Below are positions 38,835 to 50,508 of a stretch of DNA of 64,000 nucleotides, in pieces. Under the pieces are notes generated by a model. The model did not search any database and was not told where the DNA came from. It saw only the letters and a list, made by a program, of their open reading frames with translations. A program made the position numbers and the translations under genes. Each line of letters begins with the position of its first letter. Positions within the stretch are counted from its first letter, which is position 1. The DNA lies in the NCBI RefSeq assembly GCF_006345805.1, contig NC_043013.1, forward strand, positions 27,094,001-27,158,000, written 5' to 3'. Source of the stretch: Octopus sinensis (lineage: Eukaryota).

Positions 38835-39372
38835 TTTGTGGTTGAGTAGCATGTTTCTCAATCATGTGGTCTTGGGTTCAGTCCCACTGCATGGCATCTT
38901 GGGCAAGTCTCTTCTACTGTAGCCCTGGGCTAACCAAAGACTTATGAGTGGATTTGGTAGACGGAAACTGAAAGGAGCTCATCATATACATACATATATA
39001 TATATATATATATATCACGTGATCACGTGACCGACCAGACCATCAGATGTTGTTACACATCGCTGGTCACAATGCGTTCGCATTGTTTTAGCCTTTGAAT
39101 GACACCACCCCGCTGGCTAAGCGAGCAGGCCAACATATATATATATATATATATGTATGTATCAGTGTGTTTGCCCTCCTCCGGACCACTTGGCAAATGG
39201 CATTGGATTTTTTTCTTCTTTTTTTACATCCCTGTAACCTAGCAGTTTGGTAAAAAGATACTGATAGAATAAGTACGGAGCTTAAAAAAATAAGTACTGA
39301 AATTGATTTGTTCGACTAATCCCTTCAAGGCAGTGCTCCAGCATGGCCTCATTCCAGTGACTGAAACAATTA
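38835..39372 (+). mobile_element. CORE-type SINE with a 119-bp insert (39016-39134) in its internal (TA)n
   Basis: Head, core and tail match 5992-6413; CpG-rich insert flanked by TA repeats. Confidence 0.8.
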
Positions 39373-40826
39373 AAATACGCACATTCATGTGCACGCGCGT
39401 ACGAACACCCACCACCACCACCCACACACACATTCATTTACGACTTAAATTTTGAATGGAGAGAAATTAGTGCTTTTCTCCGAGTTTGATTTTTACGAAG
39501 GGAGGTAACTGATGTACAGCTATTGACAAATCTGCTACGTCCTCCCCCACCGCCAGCACCTCCACCACCACCACCACTACTGCCAAACTATTATAGAATT
39601 AATAAAACTGCTGCTTACTGCTGTTTGATATTTGTTAGGTATATTCATAAACATTATTACTTTGAACATATTGTCTATTTTAGCTACACAGTTCTAATAT
39701 TGGTTACTACTTCACTGGTTTGATGTACATTTGAAATTTTGTTTCCCTCTGTCCCCCCACTCTACCCAAAGAAAAGAAATGATTAAAAGCCATGGTTTTT
39801 TGGGGTTTATTTTTAAGTACCTCTTTGGTATATTGAATAATTTATCTTTTACCTGTTTCAGTCAGTGGGTTGAGGCCATGCTGGGGCACTACCTTGAGGG
39901 GTTTTTAGTCAAGCAATTTTTTAAAAAAAAGGACTTATTTTTGTAAAGTCCTGTACGTATTCTGTCAGCCTTGGTCTCTTTCTACCAAACTGCTTAGACA
40001 CAGAGACGTAAACAAACCAACATCTGTTGTCAAGCAATGTTGTTGGACAAACAGAGAGAAAGAGATAGAGACACACGCACACTCATGATGGGCCTCTTTC
40101 AGTTTCCATTTACCAGATCCACTCAAAAGGCTTTGGTTGACCCACAGCTGTAGTGGAAGAGACTTGCCCAAGGTGTCACACAGTGGGACTGAACCCAAGA
40201 CCTCAAGGTTGAGGATCCAGCTTCTTTTAAGGTTTAATTTCAATTCCTTCAGATTTTTATTTGGAAGAGGAAAGAGGACATCTTTCGATGTAGAAGTAAT
40301 ATTATAGCTCACCTTTCTCGTTTTATTCTGTAATAATGTTATAGGCAGAAGCATGGTTGTGTGATTAAGAGGCTTGCTTACCAACCGTATTGTTTCAGGT
40401 TCAATCCCACTGCAGTCTACTGTGAAAAAGTGACCCCTTTGTGTGTGTGAGTGTGAAGGGTCCTTGTATTGATGTCATGTGATATCATACATGTGGTGTT
40501 GTCCATTTTCAATCTTTTCTGAAAAACATGTTTGGCCATGGAGAGATATCAACTTGTATGGAAACTAGTGAAGGTTGGTGATAGGACAAGCCAGCAGTGC
40601 TTTAAGCCTAGAAAGTGGACATTAACATTTTGATGAGGTATGAAAGACGTGGTTTACTGTCATCTGCCAATCAGCTGTTTACAATGAGTGGATGACAACA
40701 AAAACATAATGGTGGTGTGCTATCCATTTGGCTGATCACAGTGACCCAATGCATCACAGCCAGAAATACTTGTTTTACATCCTGTATTGCAATTCTCTTG
40801 ACCAAAATACAAACAAGTATACAATT

Positions 40827-41280
40827 AGAAAATTACTATTTTTAAATCTCACAGTGTGAGATATTCAGCAACAGTACTTTGTAGTAAAGATTGGTTGCCA
40901 ACATAACATGGCAGTCCTGGTTTATGAGTAATGTTGCTGTAATTTAGCCCCAGGAGACATCATCTCCAGCTGGCTATATGACATGATCTGTGTCCTTATA
41001 TTTTCGAACAAGGGAATCTAGCACCCCCTCTCAGCTCAAAACAGCGCCACCTCTAGCTGAGCAGTTTTTCTGTACTGATGAAGAGAAATAACCCAGAAAT
41101 CGGGATACACAGTTATTGTTTTGAGCTGAGTGGGGGTGCTAGATTCCCTTGTTTGAAAATATAAGAACACAGATCGTGTCGTATAGCCAGCTGGAGACAA
41201 TGTCTCCTGGGGCTAAATTACAGCAACATTCATCCTAAACCAGGACTACCATGTTATGTTGGCAAACAATCTTTACTACA
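40827..41280. mobile_element. Inverted-repeat element with degenerate hammerhead core; probably Penelope-like-derived
   Basis: About 169-bp arms at 40875-41043 and 41117-41285; CTGATGA at 41075-41081 and GAAA at 41096-41099 in the spacer; direct repeat AAGTATACAATT at 40815-40826 and 41281-41292. Confidence 0.7.
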
Positions 41281-42964
41281 AAGTATACAATTGATCTGAA
41301 AGAAGATGGAGTTCACATGCAGTACTCCCATAATGTACTCCATTTATGATTTCAGTATTGTAAACTGTCATAATATTGTACTTACATGTGCAGAGTCATA
41401 TATTTTCCCTGGACAAAAATACTTCAAATTATTTTTCTGTAAATGTATGTTTTTACCCCACAAAATATACTTGTAAAAGAAGGGTGTGTCTTATGTGAGA
41501 GTGCATCTTGTATGCCTGCATATATGGTAACTATACATTGGTCATCGATTTCCAAGGAGCCAATTACTGATTTGCTGCATTTATCATGATACAGGTAACT
41601 AGGGAACATCTGTACAAGTTGAGCAGACATGATAACCTCGAGGGATTTTTATTTGAAAGCACCACTTCATCACCTTTCTCAATGATGTTCTATATCTCTC
41701 ACCAATATACATTAACACAAGCAACACACTCACACAAATACATATTTACCAATCTTCTGCACAGTCTCTATTTATAAAATTCCTCTCACAAGACATTTAG
41801 TCCCTCCAGACACGTGCCCAAAGTGTGGAGAAAACATTTTAAGTCCACAGTTATAACTGTACCATGAAGAAGTAAACGAAGCAGTTTGAGACTTTAGAGA
41901 CATCACACACATATGTGTCATTCTGCTAGCTTTTGTCACTACAACTTAATCATAGTTGTGAATTGATTTCACCCTTAGTACAGCCATTGTCTTGGATTTT
42001 CTAGTTGAGGCTCATAATTCTTATTGTCTCAAGTTTGCCAAACTCACAAAACAAGTTAGATTTTTTTTTCTTCACAGTTGAGTGGTTAGCAGTTGAAAGG
42101 GCATGCAAACTGCCCTTTCAAGAACAATTACTTTCACCAAAGCCACTTCCTCTTTGTTTCTGTGAAGTAAATGCTGTAAAAATATTAAAATAAAACAAAG
42201 GACAATTTCAGAGCTTCATTCAGTATTCATTTTATCCATTCTGTTTCTCAATTTAGAAGAGAGATACAACCCATGATAAAGCTAAAAGTTTGATATGGAA
42301 GAAAACCACAGGAAAACATTTTTCTACTAATGTGATCACTGTAGCTACCACTGTCTGACAGAAATATTTAGATGTAGGGAGGAGGGTATGTAAACATGAA
42401 TATGAACTTACATATTTCTATTGTAGTTCATTTTTCATGTAGCTCATGGCTTACACAGCATATATCCAAGTAATTTGCTAAAAGAAAAGGTAAAATTCTA
42501 GAACACAAGAATAAATAAATAACATTTTTGCTTCTTAATATACTTATTAATCATTGATAAAACACTTGGACTTCCTAGCTTCAGTAGTTTCTGAGACACC
42601 AAAGCAAACATTCAAGTCATCAATCAATCTGAATAATAACTGAGGCACCAGCATATCAAAATACCCACCAAAAACAAATTGGGTATCTCTGTATTTGTTC
42701 AGTTTGTTTGTAGTTATGCACACAAAAAACAAAAGGCGAATAAAATATTTCTATTTTTTATATGCAGCATATTCTTTCACACCTTTCCTCACTTTCCATT
42801 CTCTGTTGCTTTACAAGACCAAATCTCCATCAAGCAACTGTTCTTTTAATCAAAGAAAGCATACACATTTTTTTAGGAGTGTGTATGTGTGTGTGTGTGT
42901 GTGTGAGGGGGGTTACAGAGAAATGATTTTATCCCTAAAATACTCTTTAGTTCTTTTTGTGAAG

Positions 42965-43295
42965 ATGCTTGGCTCAGTAGTTAGGGTGTCAGACTCACAA
43001 TCATGAGGTTATGAGTTTGATTCCTGGACTGGACTGGACTGTGTGTTGTGTTCTTGAGTAACACACTTTATTTCACGTTGCTTCAGTTCACTCAGCTGTA
43101 GAAATAAGTTGCAACATCACCGGTGCCAAGCTGTATCAGCCTTTGTCTTTCCCTTGGATAACATCGGTGGAGAGGGGAGGCTGGTATGCATGGCAACTGC
43201 TGGTTTTCCATAAACAACTTTGCCCAAACTTGTGCTCTGGTAACTTTCTTGGTGCTATCCCATGGTCATTCACAACCGAAGGGGGTCTTTACCCC
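42965..43295 (+). mobile_element. SINE with Meta-like core and a third tail
   Basis: TGGCTCAGTAG..GAGTTTGATTCC head; GTGTTCTTGAGTAACACACTTTATTTCACGTTGCTTCAGTTCACTCAGCTG core. Confidence 0.75.
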
Positions 43296-43569
43296 TTTAT
43301 TTTTTAATCTTTAGTTCTTAGAAGTCTCTTCTATCATTACTCATTAGATCATCAAGAGGTTAACCCCCTTTCAAGAATTTGAACCTGAAGAGGTGATAGG
43401 GCTAATCGGGAGTGCAATTCTGCATTCCAATAAGTACCAGTTATGCACTGGGGTCGATGTAATCGACTTAATCCTTTTGTCTGTTGTTGTTTGTTCCCTC
43501 TATGTTTAGCCCCTTGTGGGCAATAAAGAAATAAGAACGATAGTCTCAGGTAACTTCAACTGTTTAAAC

Positions 43570-44091
43570 CAAGGGTGGGGAAAACCCCACCCATGGGCAT
43601 AATTGTGCTCGCGAGCCCATTTTATTGTGCTCACAGGCTGATATACTTGTATGTACAAAATATAGTAATTTTTTCAATGACAAAATTTATGCAATATCCA
43701 TATGTCTATTTGTGATACAGGTCATGTTTCCGCTTTGACTTAAAATGGTCAGACTCGAACTGAAATCATCCAATAATTGCAATTTGAATGAAAATTTTGT
43801 TATCACTATAAAACACATTGTTATGTTTGTACCACCCCCTTGAGACCCAACTACACTCTAGCTGAAAAATATAGAATACCGCATAAGTAATATAAACATC
43901 CTAAATTCAGTGGCAGTGTTAATGAAGATGTTGTGCATTAATTTAATGCGTTAAACTTATCTGTATTAACATATATCGAATAGGTGTATACAAGATTTAC
44001 ACAGATATAAGAGTTAAAACTTGTGACCCACCTGTGGACCTTTTTCTTTGGAAATTTTTGCCCGCCACACTAAAAGGTTTCCCCACCCCTG
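43570..44091. mobile_element. hAT-type non-autonomous element (522 bp) with 8-bp TSD
   Basis: TSD GTTTAAAC at 43562-43569 and 44092-44099; TIRs CAAGGGTGGGGAAAACC / GGTTTCCCCACCCCTG. Confidence 0.9.
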
Positions 44092-45003
44092 GTTTAAACT
44101 GATGAAATGTTTTGTAATATGCTTCATCATCATCATCATTTAATGCCTGGTTCCATGCTGGCATGGGTTGGACAGTTCAACAAGTTCTAGCTAGCCTGAG
44201 GGCTGCATTAGTCTCCAGTGTCCGTTTTATCAAGGTTTCTATGGCTGGTTACCCTTTCTGATGCCAGTGCCTGCAGCTATGTTAAAAAGTGAAGCTCTTT
44301 GAAATTGTTGAATGAATGACATACAAATATATTGGCGTTAGGAAGGGCATCCAACCATAGAAACCATGCCAGATCAGATTGGAACCTGGTGCAGCTCCCT
44401 GGCTTACCAGTTCTGTCAAACCATTCAACCCGTGCCAGCATGGAAAGCGGAGGTTAAATGATGCTGATAATAATGATGATACATGTATATGTACACAAAA
44501 CACATACATAAATACATACACACACCCATAGACACCCTCTCAAGCTCATGTTCTACTGCTCCCTCTCTTTCTCTCCCACCCTTCCATATAAGCATGTATC
44601 CCTTGTCTCTCATATGCGCACATTCTTCCTACGCACACAATTTCACGCTCACGCTTAACTCTTTCTGCCACACATCCCACTATTTACATATACACACTCT
44701 GTCTCTAACACATTCTTCCACATTCCCTCTCTCTCTTCATCTCTTGCTCACTTACACTTTCACTCTCATTCTCTCTCTCTCTCCCAACACACACACACAC
44801 ACACACACACACAATGAGAAATACTCAACACTAGTAGATTACGCCAGCTAGATAACTAGGCTTGATCACTTCACTGATCAATAATTACAATTACATATGT
44901 TTTAACAGCTGTTAGCTTCATTATGTTGTCAAAAGTTGGATTGGATTTAATTTATTATTTTATTCTAAAATGGAATAAAAATGCACATGAACACACACAC
45001 ACG

Positions 45004-45052
<49 letters not shown>

Positions 45053-46074
45053 TACCCGATCACCTCCCCACACACACATCAAGTCTAATACAGTTACATG
45101 GCATCTAATTTTTTTTTTTTTTTTTTCTAATATTCTTAATTTTAGGAAACATAGATAAGTTTATGTGTGGGTGAGGTGCCTAATGTCCTTCCCAATCTCT
45201 CTCCCTTTCTCTCTTTTTCCCTTTCCCCCTTTCTCTCTCCATCTCCTTCCCTCCCTCTCCCCCTCTCAGTTCTACTCACATTTCATGCACACAAATTTAT
45301 TCATATTTGCAAATCTTATTGGCTCTGTTCTTTTTTTCTTTTTCTTTTTTGTTCCGTTTCTTTTGCCAACCAATGCAGACCAATGCAGACCACCACTAGT
45401 TTCTTCCTTAGGCTTTATCCTTTCCTAATTCTTCATTTTTCTTTTTTTTTTGTCTTTTGTAAACTCTGACTTATATTTGTATATTTATAATAACAAGACA
45501 CACTGGATGTGCAGTTAAGACGCTGGTCTACCAACCACTAGGTCATGAGTTCAGATCTATTAACTGTCATTATGAAGTCCCCCTCCTCCCATCTCCACCC
45601 TTTTTTAATTGGTTTGTTTCTATGCTTATGGCCTTGGAACCTTGTCTTGAAACTGGTGAGATCGACAAGGGTCGATGTTCCTCTTGCATTGTTATTAATC
45701 AATCTCTCTGATGGCTACAGCAAAAACTTCAGCTGGTTGATAATTTCAGTGGAATGGCATGTGAGTACAATCCAAGTAAGAGAAGAAAAATAACTGATTA
45801 AGTCAAGAGTACATGAGTGGAGACAATATGAGGTCAACCAGATCCAGGGAGGGAGGCCATTGTAGTACATGTAGAAAAGGTAAAAGTGAGGAGATAGAGA
45901 AACATGTCTGTGAGTTAAAAGTCGGAATGTGTTGATAAGTGACTTCATACTTATCAGTCTGATGATCTTTGGAGCAGGGCTTCTCTATACTTGACACTGT
46001 TCTATATTTTAGAGATGAGGAATTATGTATATTATTTACATTGGATGGATAGATGTCCTCACCTTGTTTGTTGT

Positions 46075-46118
46075 TATCACGTTTCGGCTAATGTACTCTC
46101 CAGCCTTCATCAGTTGTC
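46075..46118 (-). ncRNA. Minimal type I hammerhead ribozyme motif (degenerate stem I)
   Basis: GACAA-CTGATGA-A-GGCTG-gagagtacat-TAGCC-GAAAC-GTG on the minus strand. Confidence 0.55.
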
Positions 46119-46316
46119 CTGGTGGAATTTTGAAGCCAACCCTTTATTTGTCTAATGGAGTACTCTGTTCCCACTCCTTTGTTTTTTTGTTTTTTTTCTG
46201 CTGATGTTATTATTATCATTCATTCAAGTCACTGACTGGGATTAAACCCGGAATCTTGGGGTTAGTAGTTCGCGCTCTTAACCACTTATAAAGGGTTGGG
46301 TTCGAAATTGCAGCAG

Positions 46317-46362
46317 GACACCTGATGAAGGCTGGAGAGTACATCAGCCGAAATGTTGTGGC
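46317..46362 (+). ncRNA. Minimal type I hammerhead ribozyme motif (Penelope-type)
   Basis: Stem I GACAC/GTGGC (4/5), core CTGATGA at 46322-46328, stem II GGCTG/CAGCC, GAAA at 46350-46353, then TGTT. The inverted copy has GAAAC here, implying an ancestral palindromic AACGTT stem III. Confidence 0.65.
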
Positions 46363-47042
46363 AACAACAAAGAAGGTCAGGACACCTATCCATCCATTGT
46401 AAATAATGTGTATACTAGACTCTGCTTTACTAGGCTGAACAAAAACACCGTCTCCTTTATGTATACTTCACATTTTAGTTAGTAGTAAAGAGAAAAGCAT
46501 CAAACTGTGAAAACAATTGCTCAACAATGGAAATATCAATTTCAAATTTTGGCACAAGACCAGCTATTTCAGTGGAGGAGGCAAGTCATTTATATCGACC
46601 CCAGTATTCAACTGGTACTTATGTTATTGACCCTCAAAAGGATGAAAGGCAAAGAGTGTTGGCCTTGGTGGAATTTGAACTTAAAGCATAAAGCATGCTA
46701 ACGATTTTGCCAGTCCACCACCTTCAACAATGGACATATTAGGGCACAAGTATGGCAGTGAGGTTAAGAATTTTGCATGACAACTAGTTTAGAATTTGAT
46801 CCTAATGCAGGGCACCTTAGAGAAGTGTCTTCAAGCAGAACTTCATGCTGGCCAAAGTCTTATGAGGTTAAATTTGGTTGATTGAGGTTGTGTCTCAGAT
46901 TTATCCAGGACTTGTGAGAAATGTGGCAGGTGGACTTTTGTTGCTGCAGCCTGGGTTGAAACTTGGCCATAAAAAAAAAATACCCATCAAAAGGACTACT
47001 TTTAGTTCTTGTATGAGAGGCTCAAAATGTCATTGAATTTAA

Positions 47043-47248
47043 CTCTTTAGCATTCAGCTTATTCAACCAAAATTAATGCTAATTTATTCACATTGTTTTA
47101 AATTAGTCATACATTACCTGGTAGCTTTGTGATTTCAATGATGTAATTGTTTATTTTTAGAATAGCATTGTAGAGTAGGTGTAAGAGGCCAGAACATTAA
47201 ACAGATAGAATATTTGGGTTGGATATGACCAGTTTAAATGCTAAATGG
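47043..47248. mobile_element. TTAA-flanked MITE
   Basis: TTAA|CTCTTTAGCATT..AATGCTAAATGG|TTAA. Confidence 0.75.
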
Positions 47249-47448
47249 TTAATACCCACCACTTGATCTTTGGGTGCCTCCAGCAGAATACACTTTATTG
47301 AAAGCAATTAAGCCAATAATTACTGTCCACCAGCCTCTAAGGTCTTGTGAAAGTCAACGGCACTCATCATTTGATTTAGCCATAAAATAATTTTGTGTGT
47401 GTGTGAAAGAGAGAGAGAGAAAGAGAACATGGGAATGAATACACACAC

Positions 47449-47650
47449 ACGAGGGGGTGCTGAAAAGTTCCTGGCTTTGGGTAAATGAAGATACAAGAGG
47501 ATCAGTTAATTATGATTTTATTCAACATATTTCCCTCTTATTCAGTTATTGCAGCAGCCCTTTAGTTTTTCTAAGCCCTAAGAAAGAACCTCAAAGGTTA
47601 GGCGTTCAACCAGGCCTTTCGTGATACCCTTAAAGTCAGGAGCTTTGGCT
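47449..47650. mobile_element. Mariner-derived MITE, second copy
   Basis: ACGAGGGGGTGCTGAAAAGTTCCTGG; reverse complement of 5680-5901. Confidence 0.75.
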
Positions 47651-48230
47651 GTCATCATCATCGTTTAAAGTCCGTTTTCTGCGCTAGCACGGGTTGGACG
47701 GTTCAACTGGGGTCTGGGAAGCCAGGGGCTGCACCAGGCTCCAGTCTGATCTGGCAGAGTTTCTACAGCTGGATGCCCTTCCTAACGCCAACCACTCCGC
47801 GAGTGTAGTGGGTGCTTTTTACGTGCCACCTGCACAGGTGCCAGGGGAGTCTGGCATCGCCCACATTCGGATGGTGTTTTTAATGTGCCACCGGCACTGG
47901 AGCCAGTCGAGGCGGTGCTGGCATCGGCCATGCAATATAAAACCAAAAGGAAAAATTCAATTGTCACTAGTTGTGATTGAGGATGCTGGGTAGTACCTAC
48001 ATTGCTAGAAATAAGAGCTAAAAAGCCCTTACAGCTACAGGAAGCACATTTTATATACTGACTGGGGAGATAACTGCCCCACAATGAGTGAGATCATTAT
48101 ATTATAGTTTTTTTTTTTTGAAAATTACAAACTCATCAATAGTAACTACTCCATCGCTGGGTGGTTTAGCTAAATCCTGACTATATATATGTTTACCATA
48201 TGAATTTATGGCTTCTTATATATATAATGA

Positions 48231-48375
48231 TGGTTTGTTGCCAACTTAATGTGGCAGTCGCAGGAAAGGGAAGAATGCCCCAGGAAACATCGTTTCCAGT
48301 TGGCTATGTGACAAAAGCTTTCTGTATCCTTAAGTTTTCAAACAGAAGAGATAAGCACCTCCACCCAGCAAAGCC
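48231..48375. mobile_element. Diverged relative of the 40875-41043 arm
   Basis: GTTGCCAACTTAATGTGGCAGTC..GCCCCAGGAAACATCGTTTCCAGTTGGCTATGTGAC..GTATCCTTAAGTTTTCAAACAG is colinear with the arm. Confidence 0.6.
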
Positions 48376-50003
48376 AGCATTCAGAGACTAGTTTCAGAAT
48401 TATTGCTCTTAATTATATATATATATTCAGATCATCTGTGAATGCTACTTGTGACTGACATTTATGAAATTCAAGGGGAAGTTTCTGTTTAACGTTAATA
48501 AACTGGAATTTAGTTCCATTCCTTTAAAAGCTCCCTGGAGCTTAGGTGATTCCTTATTTTACTTCCAGTCCAATGGCCCAAATAATCAACCTGTTTTATG
48601 CTCAAACTGGCCAGATCTGGCCTTTTACACCTATCCTACAGTGTCACTTTATAAATAAACAATCACATCATTGAAATCTCAAAGCTATGAAATAATGCAT
48701 GGTTACTTTAAAATGATGTGAATACATAACCTTAGAGAGAGAGAGTGGGAGTGCAGGGTTGACCCAGGTCAATGATGGGCCAGCCTTTAAAAGCCTGGTG
48801 TGTTAAAATTTTACTTTCTTCATAATTTTGTAAATGGTGTGTCACTTAACATGTAAACATGTATTTTGATTATAGGTAAATGCTTATAAATAAGCTAATT
48901 TGTAATAAGATAATGTAGGGAGATTCCTGACAAAGTCCATTGCATGTCTCAATTCATCATCTCTTGACCTAAACACAAGTGAAGTAACCAAGTGACTGGG
49001 TGAAGTTTTCACTGTTATTCCAGCAACTTCAATAGATTATGGAACTCTTGTACCACTATATCAGTGACATTTCTTCCTATTGTGTCTATAATAAGGACAC
49101 TTGACTTTCAATGGACCAAGTTCACCTAAGTCATAGTAGAGTTAACCACGAAGATATACACCCTACAGTTGTAAGTTCAGAGCATATTATAAAACTAATA
49201 CCATAGTTTTACTTAAGAACTACAGCCACTCGAATTACCATAAGCCAATGCAGGAACCCCCACTTGATCTTTCAACTTGCTAGAAATAGCAGCTAAAATT
49301 TGTTACAAAATGAAGCCTAATGCAAATAGAAATTTAAAAGAAAAGAGAGAGAATTGGGTAACTTAGTCAGGGTAGACAGTGTTTGGCATAAGATGGAATG
49401 GTCATGGCTGGACTACTCTTAGTCATAGGTCTGTTTAATCAAAGACTAACTTGGGGCTAACAGTATCTACAATTACCACCACCACCACTACTCCCACCAT
49501 CATCACTGCTGCTGCTGCTACTACTACTACTGCAGTTCTGCTAAGCAGGTGTTGCATTAATTTTAGATATCCATTCTTCAAAAGAAAATAGTTGTGCTGG
49601 AAATAAGAGGAATTTTCTTCCATTGTTTTGCAGTCTACTGAATAATAAGTAATGTATTATTTATTAGCTTTGATTCTTGATTATCATCGAGGCAGTGTTC
49701 TAGTTTACCAATGACCTGATTATAACCTTTGAAACTGTTCCTCCGTACCCCTACTACTATCCGCCAAACAGAAGTAGCAACTGTGTACTAGAAAGAGTAG
49801 CTAGGTCTCCCTCATCATAACTTACCAGTGGATATGGCCAGTTTAAATGATAAAGGGTTAAATAAGAGAAAGAGTCATTAGCTGATGCGGTCCTTAATTG
49901 TACCTTTAAAAAAACAGGATATTTACAGTTAAAATGGCTTTGATCATAGGTCTACTCAGTCGGGGTTGATCCAAGGCTAAACAACTGCGACAGCTATGTT
50001 TAA

Positions 50004-50508
50004 ACTTTTAGCATTTAAACAGGCCCAAACATTGCACCTGTTTTATATTAAAACAGGCCAGATCTTGTCTCTCACACCTACTCTATTATGTCATTCTATA
50101 AATAAATAATCACATCATTGAAACCTTGAAGCTATGAGATAATGCATGGTTAATTCAAAACAAGATGTATAAATAAGAATTACATCATCATCATCATTTA
50201 ACGTCCGCTTTCCATGCTAGCATGGGTTGGATGGTTCAACAGGGGTCTGTGAAGCCAGAAGGATGCCCTTCCTAACGCTAACCACTCCGTGAGTGTAGTG
50301 GGTGCTTTTTACGTGCCACCCACACAGGTGCCAGACGGAGCTGGCAGACGGTCACGGACGGATGGTGCTTTTTACGTGCCACCGGCACAGGGGCCAGGTG
50401 AGACTGGCAACGGCCACGAACGGATGGTGCTTTTTACGTGACACCGGCACGGGGGCTAGGCGAGGCTGGCAACGGCCACGAACAGATGGTGCTCTGAATG
50501 CTAAAAGG
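50004..50508. mobile_element. TTAA MITE with nested minus-strand SINE (about 50184-50493) carrying three ~62-bp internal repeats
   Basis: TTAA|ACTTTTAGCATT..AATGCTAAAAGG|TTAA; GGTGCTTTTTACGTG(C/A)CACC three times. Confidence 0.75.

Larger units (their letters stand above)
46000..46410 (-). mobile_element. tRNA-headed short retroelement with hammerhead-containing tail and an inverted copy of that tail
   Basis: Minus-strand head GTGGTTAAGAGCGCG..GGTTTAATCCC at 46285-46226; ~125-bp inverted arms at 46024-46147 and 46288-46414; flanks TATACTTGACACTG / TATACTAGACTCTG (12/14). Confidence 0.75.

Noticed and set aside
40641-40770. TGAAAGAC (miR-71-like) and ATCACAGCCAG (miR-2-like) about 110 nt apart
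   Set aside because: Similarity ends after about 11-12 nt and there are no complementary star arms or pre-miRNA hairpins.
41043-41060. CTCF-like motif GCGCCACCTCTAG in the palindrome spacer
   Set aside because: Only the AGGTGGCGC half matches; no supporting evidence.
45960-45970. Other CTGATGA occurrences (e.g. near 6693, 26848, 45959, 57813)
   Set aside because: No stem II plus GAAA downstream, so not hammerheads.
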